DNA of 62,995 nt, filler included, from Chiloscyllium plagiosum (taxonomy: Eukaryota): assembly GCF_004010195.1 (NCBI RefSeq). It is 4 parts of one record of this genome, joined end to end, with 100 filler letters (N's around TTAATTAATTAA, not from the genome) between each part and the next. Parts side by side here need not be neighbours in the genome. Positions count along the whole stretch, not along the records: positions 29,529 to 41,715 come from NC_057711.1; positions 41,816 to 49,292 come from NC_057711.1; positions 49,393 to 62,995 come from NC_057711.1; 1 more part is not named here. The stretch is one strand, 5' to 3'. Position numbers and translations under genes: made by a program. Under the pieces are notes generated by a model that ran no database searches, was not told the DNA's origin, and saw nothing but the letters and a program-made list of their open reading frames with translations. This document shows, piece after piece, positions 37,265 through 49,641 of this stretch (position 1 is its first letter; each line of letters begins with the position of its first letter).

Positions 37265-38226
37265 CACATTTTTGGAAAAATGTATTTTTAAGGACACAGT
37301 ATACTTGCGGCTTGCAATAACTATGTGATATCTGCTGCATTTTCTTTCATTTTAGACAGAATAACCATTAAACCCACTACATGAAACATTCATCAATCTC
37401 TTTGGCCCTGCAGGCCTAGTGTTTCTGTTCTTTAATCTCTCCTGTCTTCCATCTTACATCATAGACTTCCCTTTTGTCCTCGTTGCACTCGCCTCTTCCT
37501 CAAAATCTACTGCATCTCTAAATTTTCATAGTGCTTATGAAATGTCTCAGATGTGAAATGTTAACTGTGTTTCTATCTCTACATGAAAGCTGTCTTGAGC
37601 TGATTTTTCTTAGTTTATCCTCTTAACTTGTGAGTTCAACCAACAATCTCCTGAACCTGATAAATGGAAGTCAAGCAGACACCCATTTATTTTGAGGGTT
37701 AACATTTCATTGGTTCTAATGTAGACATTGCAATATTTATATAGGTGTGTGTTCAAACTACATTTAACAAAAAGATCCAAAAGATCCAAAAGAGTCATTT
37801 TAATTGTATTTTGTGGCAGTGTAAATCATTAATAACTTTAATGAATGAAAGGAACTTTATTCCATTCTATTTTTAGATAAATAAAGATGATAATTATTTA
37901 CAAAGCTATGCCTAAATTACTAATTACTGAGCAGATAATTATCTTCATTGCAATTAAAATGAGGAATTGTGTATAATGATAACCTTGTAATTACATAAAA
38001 ACGATTTACAAATTAGTGCACTGATTCATGTGATTATTGCATTTAGTAGATTCAGAATTAACTCTGCCAGAGCAGCTTCACATTTTACAATTTGCGTTTC
38101 CTAATTTCATTTAGAAAAATAACGAGAAAAAAACGAGGCAATAATACAGGTGATTGAATAGTGATAATCAGAAAATAGCAGTAAGAAGAAAAAAGGGGTA
38201 AAACAAGAATTAAAGACACTATGTCT

Positions 38227-38793
38227 GAATCATATAGTCATAGAGATGGAAACAGACCCTTCGATCCAACCTGTCCATGCTGACCAGATATCCCAACCCA
38301 GTCTAGTCCCATCTGCCAGCACCCAGCCCATATCCCTCCAAACCCTTCCTATTCATATATCCATCCAAATGCCTCTTAAATGTTGCAATTGTACAAGCCC
38401 TCCACCACATCCTCTGGCAGCTCATTCCATACACGTACCACCCTCTGCGTGAAAAAGTTGCCCCTTTGATCTCTATTATATCTTTCCCCTCGCACCCTAA
38501 ACCTATGCCCTCTAGTTCTGGACTCCCCGATCCCAGGGAAAAGACTTTGCCTTTTTACCCTATCCATGCCCTTCATGATTTTGTAAACCTCTATAAGGTC
38601 ACCCCTCAGCCTCCGACGCTCCAGGGAGAACAGCCCCAGCCTGTTCAGCATCTCCCTGTAGCTCAGATCCTCCAACCCTGGCAACATCCTTGTAAATCTT
38701 TTCTGAACCCTGTCAACTTTCACAACATCTTTCCGATAGGAAGGAGACCAGAATTGCACACAATATTCCAACAGTGGCCTAACCAATGTCCTG
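38227..38793 (-). mobile_element. CR1 LINE 3' fragment
   Basis: [15 protein letters not shown]...RGNFFTQRVV on the minus strand, with tail. Confidence 0.92.
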
Positions 38794-39311
38794 AGTTCAT
38801 AGTGCATTTCTTACAAGTTGGAATAATCAACAACAAAAATAGAAATGAATAGGAATGTAGAGACAAGTTTTACAGAGAGATGTTTGCGACATGGCCAAAG
38901 TTGGGAACTGAATATTCAAGGATATCTGACATCTTGAAAAGGAAATCTAGGTAGGATAGCTCAGTTAATAAAAAACTAGATCAATACAGTAGTGAGTAAT
39001 GATCTTGATTCAGAAGATTAAGATTTAGAATCAGTTTGGCTGGTGATAGAAAATAGCAAGGGAGAAAAGTAACTTGTGTGAATAGTTTACAGGTCACCGA
39101 ACAGTAGCTATACTAGACAGTAAAATGTACATCAAGAAATAATGGGAGGGTATAAGACAAGCTAGCCTGTTGAGAAGCTGAAAATGCAAAATGGAAACTT
39201 TTAATATGTCTTTAAAGAGATGAAAACATAACCTTATTGCTATCATGATTCTAATCTTTGGTATCTTGCCCAATGATGTGAAAACCATAAGATACAGAAG
39301 CAGAATTAAGT

Positions 39312-39405
39312 GTCGAGAGAGTGGTGCTGGAAAAGCACAGCAGGTCAGGCAACATCCGAGGAGCAGGAGAATCGATGTTTCAGGCTTAAACCCTTCATCA
39401 GGAAT
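39312..39405 (-). mobile_element. PLE terminal fragment beginning at the hammerhead motif
   Basis: Reverse complement reads attcctgatgaagggtttaagcctgaaacatcgattctcc... Confidence 0.8.
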
Positions 39406-41177
39406 CATATGGATACAATTCCATGTTTAAACAGCTCCCCCTAATATCTTGCACAAAGAGCTATACTTTTTTTGGGTTTATTGATAGAATACCAGTGGTT
39501 GTGTTTATATTTGCATTGAAAATATTTGCTGTACTATACATTTAAGTATATTTCAACAATTGCTATAACAGCGACCTAACTTAATATTCATTTTCGCTTA
39601 ACACTTAAACTTTGAATGACTGAATTCAAACTTCAAAAATAATCACTGAAGGTTATGTCACTAACCGCAAAGTAAGACTAACTAAACAATCCTTTGCTAC
39701 TTTACAAACTGCAAATAGCACAAAAGTAGCTCTTACATAATGTGTGAGCAAATCTATATTTGTTGCACCCTAGAGATATATATGCATCTGAAATGCTGAA
39801 AACATCAATAGCAGCTAACATTTACTGTTAAACAGCTTTCAAGTATGAGAGCTGTAATTGTTTAAACATGTGGTTAAGCTGTTCCTGAAGACAGCTAAGC
39901 CGCTTGATTTACCTGCCAAAGCACATTTCTTCAGTGGCTGTTAGAGAATTTGAAAGTCTAAAATGTCTGCTGCAAGCGCTTTCTCATGGTGAGCAACTTC
40001 CTGCACCTGACTTACTTTGGGTCATTTACAAGGTCAGAACGCTAAAACAATAATTTCACTAGCAGACATCTTGAACTTTGATAAATGAAATTGTCTAAAA
40101 GGAAGGTTGAAAAGCCCTTATCCAATTTCAGGAATTTGGCATCACAACTAGCCAAAATAGTGCCTCTTACAGAGTAAAATGTCCCAAGATTCTTCACAGG
40201 AGTGCTACCAAACACTGTTTGATATGCATTTCATAAGGAGGTAGTAGGACCGTTAAATAAGGCATTACTAAGTATCATAGGGAGCAAGGGGAGGCACAGA
40301 TATCTAGGGAGGTAACTCCAGAGTTTAGAGTCTAGGTGGCTGAAGGCTGGAAATGATTGGTATTGGGAAGAAAACTGTCAGAAAATCATAAAACACAGGA
40401 CTAAGCCAATTGCCCCATTGTACCGTGTCAGCATTTTGAATCTTTTTTGAAACTCCTTTTATAGAAAATGAATTTGTTTTGCTTTGCCTCTTTCAAAGTT
40501 ATTTTTCAGCTTCCAGGATTTGTCTGCATTGCAGTTGATTCCAGTTGGTACAGGAGAATCAGAAATAATAATGTAAAACATTTACCATTGCTCGAGTAAA
40601 ATACAGCTAACTGAACAACCAAAAATATATTTAGACATCAGGCCAAGCAACATTTTTGATTCAGTTCAGTAGGCTATAGAATGAAGATAAATTCATGGAC
40701 ATAATTCTGCATATATTGATTCACCAAAGAGATACAGCAGTGTGGTCCTATAGTAATCCAGAGGTAGTGTGTGAACCATGAATGGGGGACAATAAATGGC
40801 CAGAAAGACTGCAAAATATCAGTTTGCAACATGGATCTGCTTTTCTCATTTTAATTCCAAGTGCTAGATCTGCCAGGAGTAGGAGCAGGAGTGACATGAA
40901 CCTGTATAATATTGCGGAAAATAAAAACTCACGGTGTTCGCATATTGGCATGGATAAAAAGCTGGCTGGCTATCAGGAAGCAGAGAATTGGCATAAATCT
41001 TTCAGTTTGGCAAGACTTAATGAGTGGTGTGCCACAAGAATTGGTGCTGGGACACTAATTATTTGCAACTTATGTAATGAGTTTGAAGAAGGAACAGAAG
41101 ATATATTTGCCAAATTTGTTGTCAACAAAATGACAGGACAGTAAAGTAAATTGTGAAAAGAACAAAAGGATAAATTA

Positions 41178-41715
41178 GCCAAGGCCAATTATATCAAAAT
41201 TAGGCAGGAGCTCGGAAATGTGGATTGGACACAGCTATTTGAAGGGAAGTCGACATTTGAAATGTGGGAGGCTTTCAAAGATAAGTTAAAGATAATGCAG
41301 GATAGGCAAGATTCGTGAACCGTAGATAACACGAGAAATTATACGACTAGCCAAGAGGAAAAGGGAAGCGTACATAAGGTCTAGGCAGCTAAGAACAGAA
41401 TGGGCCCTGGAGGAATATCAAAAGAGTAGGACAAGTCTTAAACAAGGAATCAAGCGGGCTAAAAGGGGTCATTAAATAGCTTTAGCGAGCAGAATTAAGG
41501 AGAATCCCAAAGCATTTTATTTTTATATATGAAGCAAGTGGGTAACTAGAGAAAGGATTGGTCCACTAAAGGATAATGAAGGAAGGTTGTATGTCGAACC
41601 TGAGAGAATGGGTGAGATTCTGAATGATTACTTTGCATCAGTGTTCACTCAGGAGAGGAACATGATGAATGTTGAGATTAGAGATAGAAGTTTGATTAGT
41701 CTGGATCACGTTGAC
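41178..41715 (+). mobile_element. CR1 ORF2 linker-region fragment
   Basis: Near-identical to 5185-5345; continues to GEILNDYFASVF. Confidence 0.85.
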
Positions 41716-41815
41716 NNNNNNNNNNNNNNNNNNNNNNNNNNNNNNNNNNNNNNNNNNNNTTAATTAATTAANNNNNNNNNNNNNNNNNNNNNNNNNNNNN
41801 NNNNNNNNNNNNNNN

Positions 41816-42137
41816 GGTGACGGAACGCGGCGGGGGGGCGGAGACACATGCGGCGATGTGGTCCAAACGTAGATTGCTGGCGTCACTGGGGGCGGAAGTA
41901 GCTGCGGCGACCACGCAGACAGAGTTCTTCCCCGTAGCCGCGGAGGTCGCCAATCTGTTGGTGATTGTCTTCATGACGATCGCAGAGCAGGTTGTCTGTG
42001 CGGCGATTCCGGAGGCGGTTGTTTGGGCCGCGATCATGAAGGTTGCGAGGTCGGTGGGGGCGGAAGTGACGTCATCGTCGGCGGCGTCTGCGGCTATTGC
42101 CGCGGGCGCTGTAGCGGCCGCGTGTGTAATGGCGCCA
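41816..42137 (-). mobile_element. GC/CpG-rich segment coding Ala/Thr-rich sequence, probably the N-terminal region of a young PLE ORF
   Basis: Open low-complexity frame (AAATAPAAIAADAADDDVTSAPT), CpG retained, adjacent to a gap. The family assignment is from recollection only. Confidence 0.4.
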
Positions 42138-43040
42138 GACTGGTATACACCGAGTACAGTAGGGGGATGAGTATGCACCCCTGGGGGCTCCACTGTTGAG
42201 TGTTAGTGACGATGAAACATTGTCTCCAATCTTCACTGATTGTAGGCTTGTGGGTCAGGGAACTGAGGATCCAGTTACAGAGAGTGGGGCTTAGTCGAAG
42301 ATCACTAAGTTTAGTAATCAGTCTCGAGGGGATAATAGTGTTGAAGGCTGAACTGTAGTCAATGAGTAGGATTCTTACATTGCTGTTCTTGGTGTCAAGA
42401 CGTTCTAGGGCAGAGTGAAGGGCAAGTGATATGGCATCTGACATGGATCTGTTGGGGTCCGATAGGCCAATTGGAGTGGGTCAAAAGTAGTGGGGAGGCT
42501 GGTGTTGATTAATGCCGTGACCAGCCTTTAAAAGCACTTCATGATCACTGAAGGTAGGACCACTGGGCGATAGTCACTGAGACATGCTGCATGAGCCTTC
42601 TTAGGCACAGGGATGACGTTGGCCTCTTGAACCAGGCAGGGACAGTGGCCTGCTGCAGGGAGAGGTTGAAGATGTCCGAGAAGACCCCTGCCAGTTGATC
42701 TGCACATGCTGAGTGCATGGCCTAGTACTTCGTCTTGTCCAATCACTTTCCATGGATTCACACGAAGGAAAACTGATCTGACCTCTGATGCAGTGATTGT
42801 TAGGATAGGATTGTCAGGACTTGTCAATCCGGGGGTTCCCCAACAGAAAACCCTGGATGAATCAGGACATACAGAACCTGCTAAAAACCAGGTGTGAGGC
42901 CTTCAGATTAGGAGTTCCACTCATATATAAGGAATCTAAGTATGACCTTCACACAGTCATTAAGCCAGCCAGGACCAATACCGATCCAAATTAGAGACCC
43001 AGACAGACACCCAACGACTATAGCAAGGACTGAATGACAT
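42138..43040 (-). mobile_element. Rex1/Babar-like LINE RT fragment, with an inverted piece at ~42895-43040
   Basis: DAISLALHSALERLD...VRILLIDYSSAFNTIIP and DYRPVVLPSVIMKCF. Confidence 0.75.
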
Positions 43041-44405
43041 CATAGGTCACCCTCAATCTCATGCTTCTGCATTTTCTCCAGTAGCCTACCATGTGGAACC
43101 TTATCAAAGGTTTTACTGAAGTCCATGTATACCACATCAACTGCCCTATCCTCATCTACATGCCTGGTCACCTTCTCAAAAAACTCAGTGAGTTTTGTGA
43201 GACATGATCTGCCCTTGATGAATCCATGTTGACTATTTCCAATTAAATTGTTGCTTGTAAGATCATTATAAATCTTATCTCTTATAATACTTGCCAAAAC
43301 TTTTCCTCCCAACAGATGCAAGGCTAACTGGTCTATAATTATCTGGGTCATCTCTACTGCCCTTCTTGAACAAGGGCACAACATTTGCAATCCTCCAGTC
43401 CTCTGGTACTAAACCTGTAGACAATGACGACTCAAAGATCAAGGTCAAAGGCTCCAACATCTCCTTCCTAGCTTCCCAGAGAATTCACAGAAAAATCTCA
43501 TCTGGCCTAGGGGACTTCTCTACTTTCTAGAATTCACACCTTCTAGAATTGATAACACCTCCTCCTTACTAACCTCAATCTTTCTAGTCTAATAGCCTAT
43601 ATCTCAGTCTTCTTCTCTATAATATTCTCCTTTTCCTGAGTGAAAACAGATGAGAAATATTCGTTTAGCACCTCTCCCGTCTCCACAGAGTCCATACACA
43701 ACTGCCCATTTCTATCTTTGACAGGCCCTATTCCAACCCTCATTATCCTTTTATTCCTCACATATCTATAGAAAGTTCTTGGGTTCTCCTTTACTCTCTC
43801 TGCTAAAGACTGCTCATATGCCCTCCATACTCTTCTTAACTCTCTCTTTAAATCCTTCCTAGCTACTCTGTAATTCTCCATCTCCTCATCTAAACCATCT
43901 CACCTCAACATTACATAAGCCTCCCTCTTTTGCTTAACAAGAGATGCAATTTCTTTAGTAAACCATGGTTCCCTTACCTTATCACTTCCTCTCTGCCTGA
44001 CAAGGACATACCTTTCACACATATGCAATATCGGTTCCTTAAACCAGCTCCACATTTCGATTGTCCCCATCCCCTGCACTTTGCTACCCCATTCTATGCC
44101 TCCCACATCTTGCCTAATCACATTATAATTGCCCTTCCCCCATTTATAACTCTTGACCTGTGGCATGTACATATCCGTTTCCAATGCTAAACTAAACGTA
44201 ACTGAATTATGGTCACTCTCTCCAAAGTGCTCACCTATCACTAAATCAAACAGCTGACCTGGTTCATTAGCAAGTACCAGATCCAGTGTGGCCTCCCCTC
44301 TTGTCGGCCCTTCGACATACTTTGTCAGGAAACCCTCCTGCACACATTGGACAAAAACTGATCCATCCAACATAGAAGAGTTATAGCATTTCCAGTCAAT
44401 GTTGA
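43041..44405 (-). mobile_element. CR1 LINE ORF2 (endonuclease end to RT)
   Basis: LDLVLANEPGQ...SDH, YRPVSL, QHGFIKGRSCLT, YMDFSKTFDKVPH. Confidence 0.92.
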
Positions 44406-44508
44406 ATGTTGTCCAGATCTTGTTATGGACACAGATGTACAGCACCGAAACAGACCCTTTGGTCCAACTCACCGCTGTCGATCAGATATCATAAACTAAC
44501 TTAGTCCC

Positions 44509-45500
44509 AGTGATGCCACTGTTTAAAAAGGAAGGTAGACAAAACATGGGGAATTATCAACTGGTTAGGTTAATTACTGTAGTGGGGAAGATGCTTGAGT
44601 CTATTGTCAAGAAAGAAATAGCAAGGCATCTAAATAGATATTGTCCCATTTGGCAGATGCAGCATGGGTTCATGAGGACAGAGCCCGAAACATCGATTCT
44701 CCTGCTCCTTGGATGCTGCCTGACCTGCTGCGCTTTTCCAGCAACACATTTTCAGCTCTGATCTCCAGCATCTGCAGTCCTCGCTTTCTCCTTCACGAGG
44801 ACAGGTCATGCTTAACTAATCTTTTCGAATTCTATGAAAACATTACAAGCAAGGTGGACAATAGAGACCCAGTGGATGTGGTGTACCATGATTTCCAAAA
44901 GGCCTATGACAAGGTGCCACACAAGAGGTTGCTGAATAAGATAAAGATTCATGGTGTTATGGGTAAAGGATTATGATGGACAGAGGATTGGTTGACTAAT
45001 AGGAAGCAAAGAGTGGGGATAAATGAGTGCTATTCTGGCTTCCAATCAGTAACTATTGGTGTGCCTCAGGGATCAGTGTTAAGACTGCAATTATTCATAA
45101 TTCATATAGATGATTTGGAGTTGCAGAGCAAAATATGCAGAGGACTGTGAAACTTTGCAAACAGATATAGATACTTTAAGTGAGTTGGCAAAGTTCTGGC
45201 AGATGGAATACAATGTTAATAAATGTGGAGTCATCCATTTTGGTAGGAGTAACAGCAAAAAGGATTTATACTTGAATGGTAAAAAGTTGCAGCATGCTGC
45301 TATGCAGAGGGACCTGGGTGTCCTTGTGCATGAATCACAGAAAGTTGGTCTGCAGGTACAACAGGTAATTAGGAAGGCAAATGGAATTCTGTCCTTCATT
45401 GCTAATATGATTGAGTTTAAAAGCAGGGAGGTCATGTTACAGCTGTACAGGGTGCTGGTGAGACCACACCTGGAGTATTCTGTGCAGTTTTGGTCTCATT
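44509..45500 (+). mobile_element. CR1 LINE RT fragment with a PLE terminal insert (44682-44791)
   Basis: CR1 motifs continue across the insert. 13-bp TSD ttca(t/c)gaggacag at 44669-44681 and 44792-44804. Confidence 0.9.
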
Positions 45501-46212
45501 CATAGAGTCATAGAGATATACACCATGGAAACAAACCCTTCGGTCCAACCCGTCCATGCCGACCAGATATCCCAACCCAATCTAGTCCCACCTGCCAGCA
45601 CCCGGCCCATATTCCTCCAAACCCTTCCTATTCATATACCCATCCAAATGTTTCTTAAATGTTGCAATTGAACCAGCCTCCACCACTTCCTCTGGCAGTT
45701 CATTCCATACACGTACCACCCTCTGTGTGAAAAAGTTGCCCCTTAGGTCTCTTTTATATTTTTCCCCTCTCACCCTAAGCCTATGTCTTCTAGTTCTGGA
45801 CTCCCTACCCTAGGGAAAAAACCTTGTCCATTCACCCTATCCATATCCCTCATGGTTTTATAAACCTCTTTAAGGTCACTCCTCAGCCTCGAATGATCCA
45901 GGGAAAATAAACTGTCTATTCAGTTTCTCCCTATAGCTCAAACACTCCAATCCTGGCAACATCCTTATAAATCTTGTCTGAACCCTTTCAAGTTTTAAAA
46001 CATCCTTCCTTTAACAGGGAGATCAGAATTGCATGCAGTATTCCAATAGTTACCTAACCATTGTCCTGAACAACCACCTAAGTCCTCTGCTCAAGGCACT
46101 GACCAATAAAAGCTAGCATACCAAATGCCTGCTTCTCTACCCCATCTACCTGGGACTCCCCTTTCAAGGAGCTATGAACCTGCACTCCAAGGTCTCTTTG
46201 TTCAGCAACACA
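45501..46212 (-). mobile_element. CR1 LINE 3' fragment
   Basis: Same subfamily as 1-1846, on the reverse strand. Confidence 0.9.
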
Positions 46213-46214
46213 TT

Positions 46215-46480
46215 TGAACTTGGACTGCTTCATATCTAAGGAGTTGGTGCTGAATGGTGCTGAACATTGTACAATCATCAGCGAACATCCCCACTTCTGA
46301 CCTTATGACAGAAACAAAGTAATTGATGAAACAGCTGTAGATGGTTGGGCCTGAGGACACTACCCTCAGGAACTACTGTGGAGATGTCCTCAAGCTGAGA
46401 TGACTTACCTTCAATAATCACAGCTATCTTCCTGTGTGCCAGGTATAACTCCAGGCAGTTTTCCTGATACTTATTGATTC
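46215..46480 (-). mobile_element. L2-like LINE RT fragment
   Basis: VPEGSVLRP and MFADD-like region; homologous to 54780-54960. Confidence 0.7.
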
Positions 46481-46689
46481 CGGTTTTGCTAGGATCCAAT
46501 TACAATGTCTTTGAGTGAACTTTGCATTGAAAACATGTGCAGTGGCTATCATCTTGGTAGCTGGACAGACACCGATCATCCAAAAAAGCTGGTGCCACAA
46601 TGCCCACTTGTACAACTGCTTAGCAATCACCAATTTCAGGAACTGTGCTCCCAATTCTACAAAATTTCACACTTTGATCTCTTAACACC

Positions 46690-46806
46690 AGGTAAAAACA
46701 ATGACTGCAGATGCTGGAAACCAGATTCTGGATCAGTGGTGCTGGAAGAGCACAGCAGTTCAGGCAGCATCCAAAGATGCTGCCTGAACTGCTGTGCTCT
46801 TCCAGC
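46690..46806. mobile_element. Fold-back PLE mini-insertion
   Basis: Hairpin gctggaagagcacagcagttcaggcagcatc / gatgctgcctgaactgctgtgctcttccagc. Perfect 13-bp TSD atctcttaacacc. Confidence 0.88.
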
Positions 46807-47319
46807 ATCTCTTAACACCTAACCTGACATTGTATTCACTTATCCTAAGAGCTCCTTCTTTCATTCAATTTCATCTGTGATGGTATATTTCTCGTGAGTC
46901 CCTCAGAGTCAGTTTTTGATGTAAGAAGTACCATAAACCTACAAATTGTTGCACAGAAAGCAAAAGACATTAAAAAAACCTTGAAAAGATATTTTATTAG
47001 AAGGAGACTTATCTCACTGCAATGAGGCTGCATTTCTGGCATTGGTACAATTAAAAAAAAATTATAGTCAGGAACAACCCCCTCCAAAAATGCAAATAGT
47101 TTTAAAGTTTCTTCCTTTGCCCTGCAGCCATTTGAGTTCTTCTGTATCTGTAACTTGCAATCTGTCAATTAAGTATTTCAAAAGTAAATTCATTCAAACA
47201 GATACAGAGTTCAGATAAAGGAAAATATAGAAAACTGCTGAGGGTAGATGAAGGGGGAAAATAACAAACTTTCAGGGTTAGACTATCTTTACTTGAGTAA
47301 AACAAAGAACCGTGGAAGA

Positions 47320-47792
47320 CAAAGTGCTGAAGAAACTCAGTAGATCTGGCAGCACCTGTAGAGAAAGAAACAGAGTTCATGTTTTGAGACCAGTGACCTT
47401 TTTTCAGAACTGACAGCACCTAGGAAAAGGTGGCAATTATGTACAGTTAACAGAAAAGAGCAGAAGGAGTGAGCAGATGGGTAGACACAGAGCCCAGAGG
47501 TAGGGAGGGAGGGACAAAAATAAGTGAGGCAGACAAAGGGATTGTTAATAGTCAGTGCTGACTAACAGAAATCCTTTTGCCTGCCGAACTTTTCTCCCTC
47601 TCTCTCTGGCATCCATCTCCACCTATCCACTCACTCCTTCCTCTCAATGCACCCCCTAAACCCCTGTCTTCAGCATAAAATACCACTTTTTCTTAGCTCA
47701 AGATCTAAAGAATGATCACTGGATTTGAAAGGTTCACTGTTTCTCTCTCCACATATGCTGCCAGACCTGCTGAATTTCTCCAGTAATTTCTG
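47320..47792. mobile_element. Old inverted pair of PLE-type terminal repeats
   Basis: 47320-47510 (minus) and 47590-47792 (plus) are degenerate reverse complements, each with a decayed CTGAAGA...GAAACGTT motif. Confidence 0.6.
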
Positions 47793-47821
47793 TCCATGCT
47801 AACTTGAGTATTTGTTTACAG

Positions 47822-48043
47822 AGCTGAAAAATGTGTTGCTGGAAAAGCTCAGCAGGTCAGGCAGCATCCAAGGAGCAGGAGAATTGACGTTTTGGGCTTA
47901 AGCCCTTCTTCAGGAATCTGAAGAAGAGCTTATGCCCGAAACGTCGATTCTCCTGCTCCTTGGATGCTGCCTGACCTGCTGAGCTTTTCCAGCACCACAT
48001 TTTTCAGCTCTGATCTCCAGCATCTGCAGCCCTCACTTTCTCC
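47822..48043. mobile_element. Fold-back PLE mini-insertion with two head-to-head hammerhead motifs
   Basis: Arms of ~95 bp meet at 47914-47917. Motifs at 47886-47913 (minus) and 47918-47945 (plus). Perfect 13-bp TSD tatttgtttacag. Confidence 0.9.
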
Positions 48044-49059
48044 TATTTGTTTACAGGCTAAATGTAACTACAGAACAGAACTACACCCCATCTGCATACT
48101 GCTTGAGTATCCCAGTTTCAACATTCTCATTAGTTCTCATATTTTCAATTTCATTGCATTCTATAAGTACAGCACATTATTTCCTTGTCACAGATGGGCT
48201 ATATTCCCAGTTTTAGGCGTGAATCTTGCCAAGTTTCCTCTCAGTTTCAAATAATACAGCGGAAATGCAGCACTTCCAATCTATAACAGTCAAATAGAGG
48301 ACCGGTGATTCTCAAACACATATGAAAGGAAATCTTTTCTCCGCTATGAAGATTAGGAAGTAAATCGAGGCTTTGCTAAACATAAACAAAACAGCAGCAT
48401 GTAAAGAACACACAATTATTTTTCTGAAGCAGGAAAAAGATTATTAAATCCAACAGATCTGTCTTTTACTATGAGTTCACATCCACATGTCTGCCTTTTC
48501 AGATGACTTAATTCAGCCTCTTTCCATAGAATCTATGATTATTTCTTGAGCCCATTTATATTGCCTGCTTCAAAGTCTCACCCTGGCAATTTCATCAGTA
48601 AGTTTACAATACTTTGTGTTGAAAAAAGTTTGGCTTGATTTTCTTTCTTACTTGTAACTTCCTCATTTTTAAAACAGTGTCCCCTGGTATTTGAACCGTT
48701 CACAAAAACATGTGAATTGCACGTTAACTGGAATCATAAAGACTTGAGAGTGGCTATGAATGTTATTGTCCCCAGGATATACAAGGTGAAAAAGAAAAAT
48801 CTTACACATGCTGGAAATCTGAAAAACAGCAAATCTACCAGCTCTGATTATATACAGCGAAAGGTTAGTTTAAAAAGATCAAGATGTGGAATCAGTTTAG
48901 ATAGAGATAAGAAACAGTCACTTATCATATTAATTTCTAGGTCCTTTTAAAGGTAACCATACTACAGGATAGGGTTGTATTGGAATAAATGAAAGGGGTT
49001 TTTGAGAAAGGTGCCATGATAATCATCAGGATAATTTCAATCCGTATGCCAATGCAAAT

Positions 49060-49292
49060 ATGAAGAACATGGCGTAATTTTTCAGCCCCTGGGAAGTACT
49101 GAACAACGAAGGGTACCCTGTCAGTTGCAGCCCGTGTCTGTCTCCTGAGGAGGTCATTACGGTTCCTTGCTGTGGCACATCGGAACTGGCGGTCGATGAG
49201 TTGAACATCGTACCCCGTTCTTGTGAGGGCATCCTTGAGTACTTCCAGGTGTCCGTCACGTTCCTCCTCATCTGAGCAGATCCAGTGTATGC
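49060..49292 (-). mobile_element. PLE fragment, second family (RT C-terminal region)
   Basis: Translates IHWICSDEEERDGHLEVLKDALTRTGYDVQLIDRQF...RVPFVVQYFPG, a typical PLE thumb region. Confidence 0.8.
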
Positions 49293-49392
49293 NNNNNNNN
49301 NNNNNNNNNNNNNNNNNNNNNNNNNNNNNNNNNNNNTTAATTAATTAANNNNNNNNNNNNNNNNNNNNNNNNNNNNNNNNNNNNNNNNNNNN

Positions 49393-49641
49393 CCCCACCT
49401 TGTCTCAGTCAAATCCCTTGAACTCAGCACCGCCTTCCTAACCTGCAATCTTCTTCCCGACCTCTCCGCCCCCAACCCACTCCGGCCTATCTCCCTCACC
49501 TTTACCTCCTTCCACCTATCACATTTCCAACACCCCTCCCCCAAGTCCCTCCTCTCCACCTTTTATCTTAGCCTGCTGGACACACTTTCCTCATTCCTGA
49601 AGAAGGGCTCATGCCCGAAACGTCGATTCTCCTGCTCCTTG
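49393..49641 (+). mobile_element. PLE terminal repeat with an intact hammerhead core (49597-49624)
   Basis: CTGAAGAAGGGCTCATGCCCGAAACGTC; homologous to 7460-7710. Confidence 0.88.

Noticed and set aside
46690..46806. Hairpin insertions as MITEs or pre-miRNAs
   Set aside because: Arms are asymmetric, match PLE terminal repeats and have variable junctions with long TSDs, which fits retrotransposition better.
2537..49641. Recurring gctggaaaagcacagcagg motif as a CRISPR-like array
   Set aside because: Dispersed, in both orientations, with no regular spacers, in vertebrate DNA; it is an interspersed repeat.
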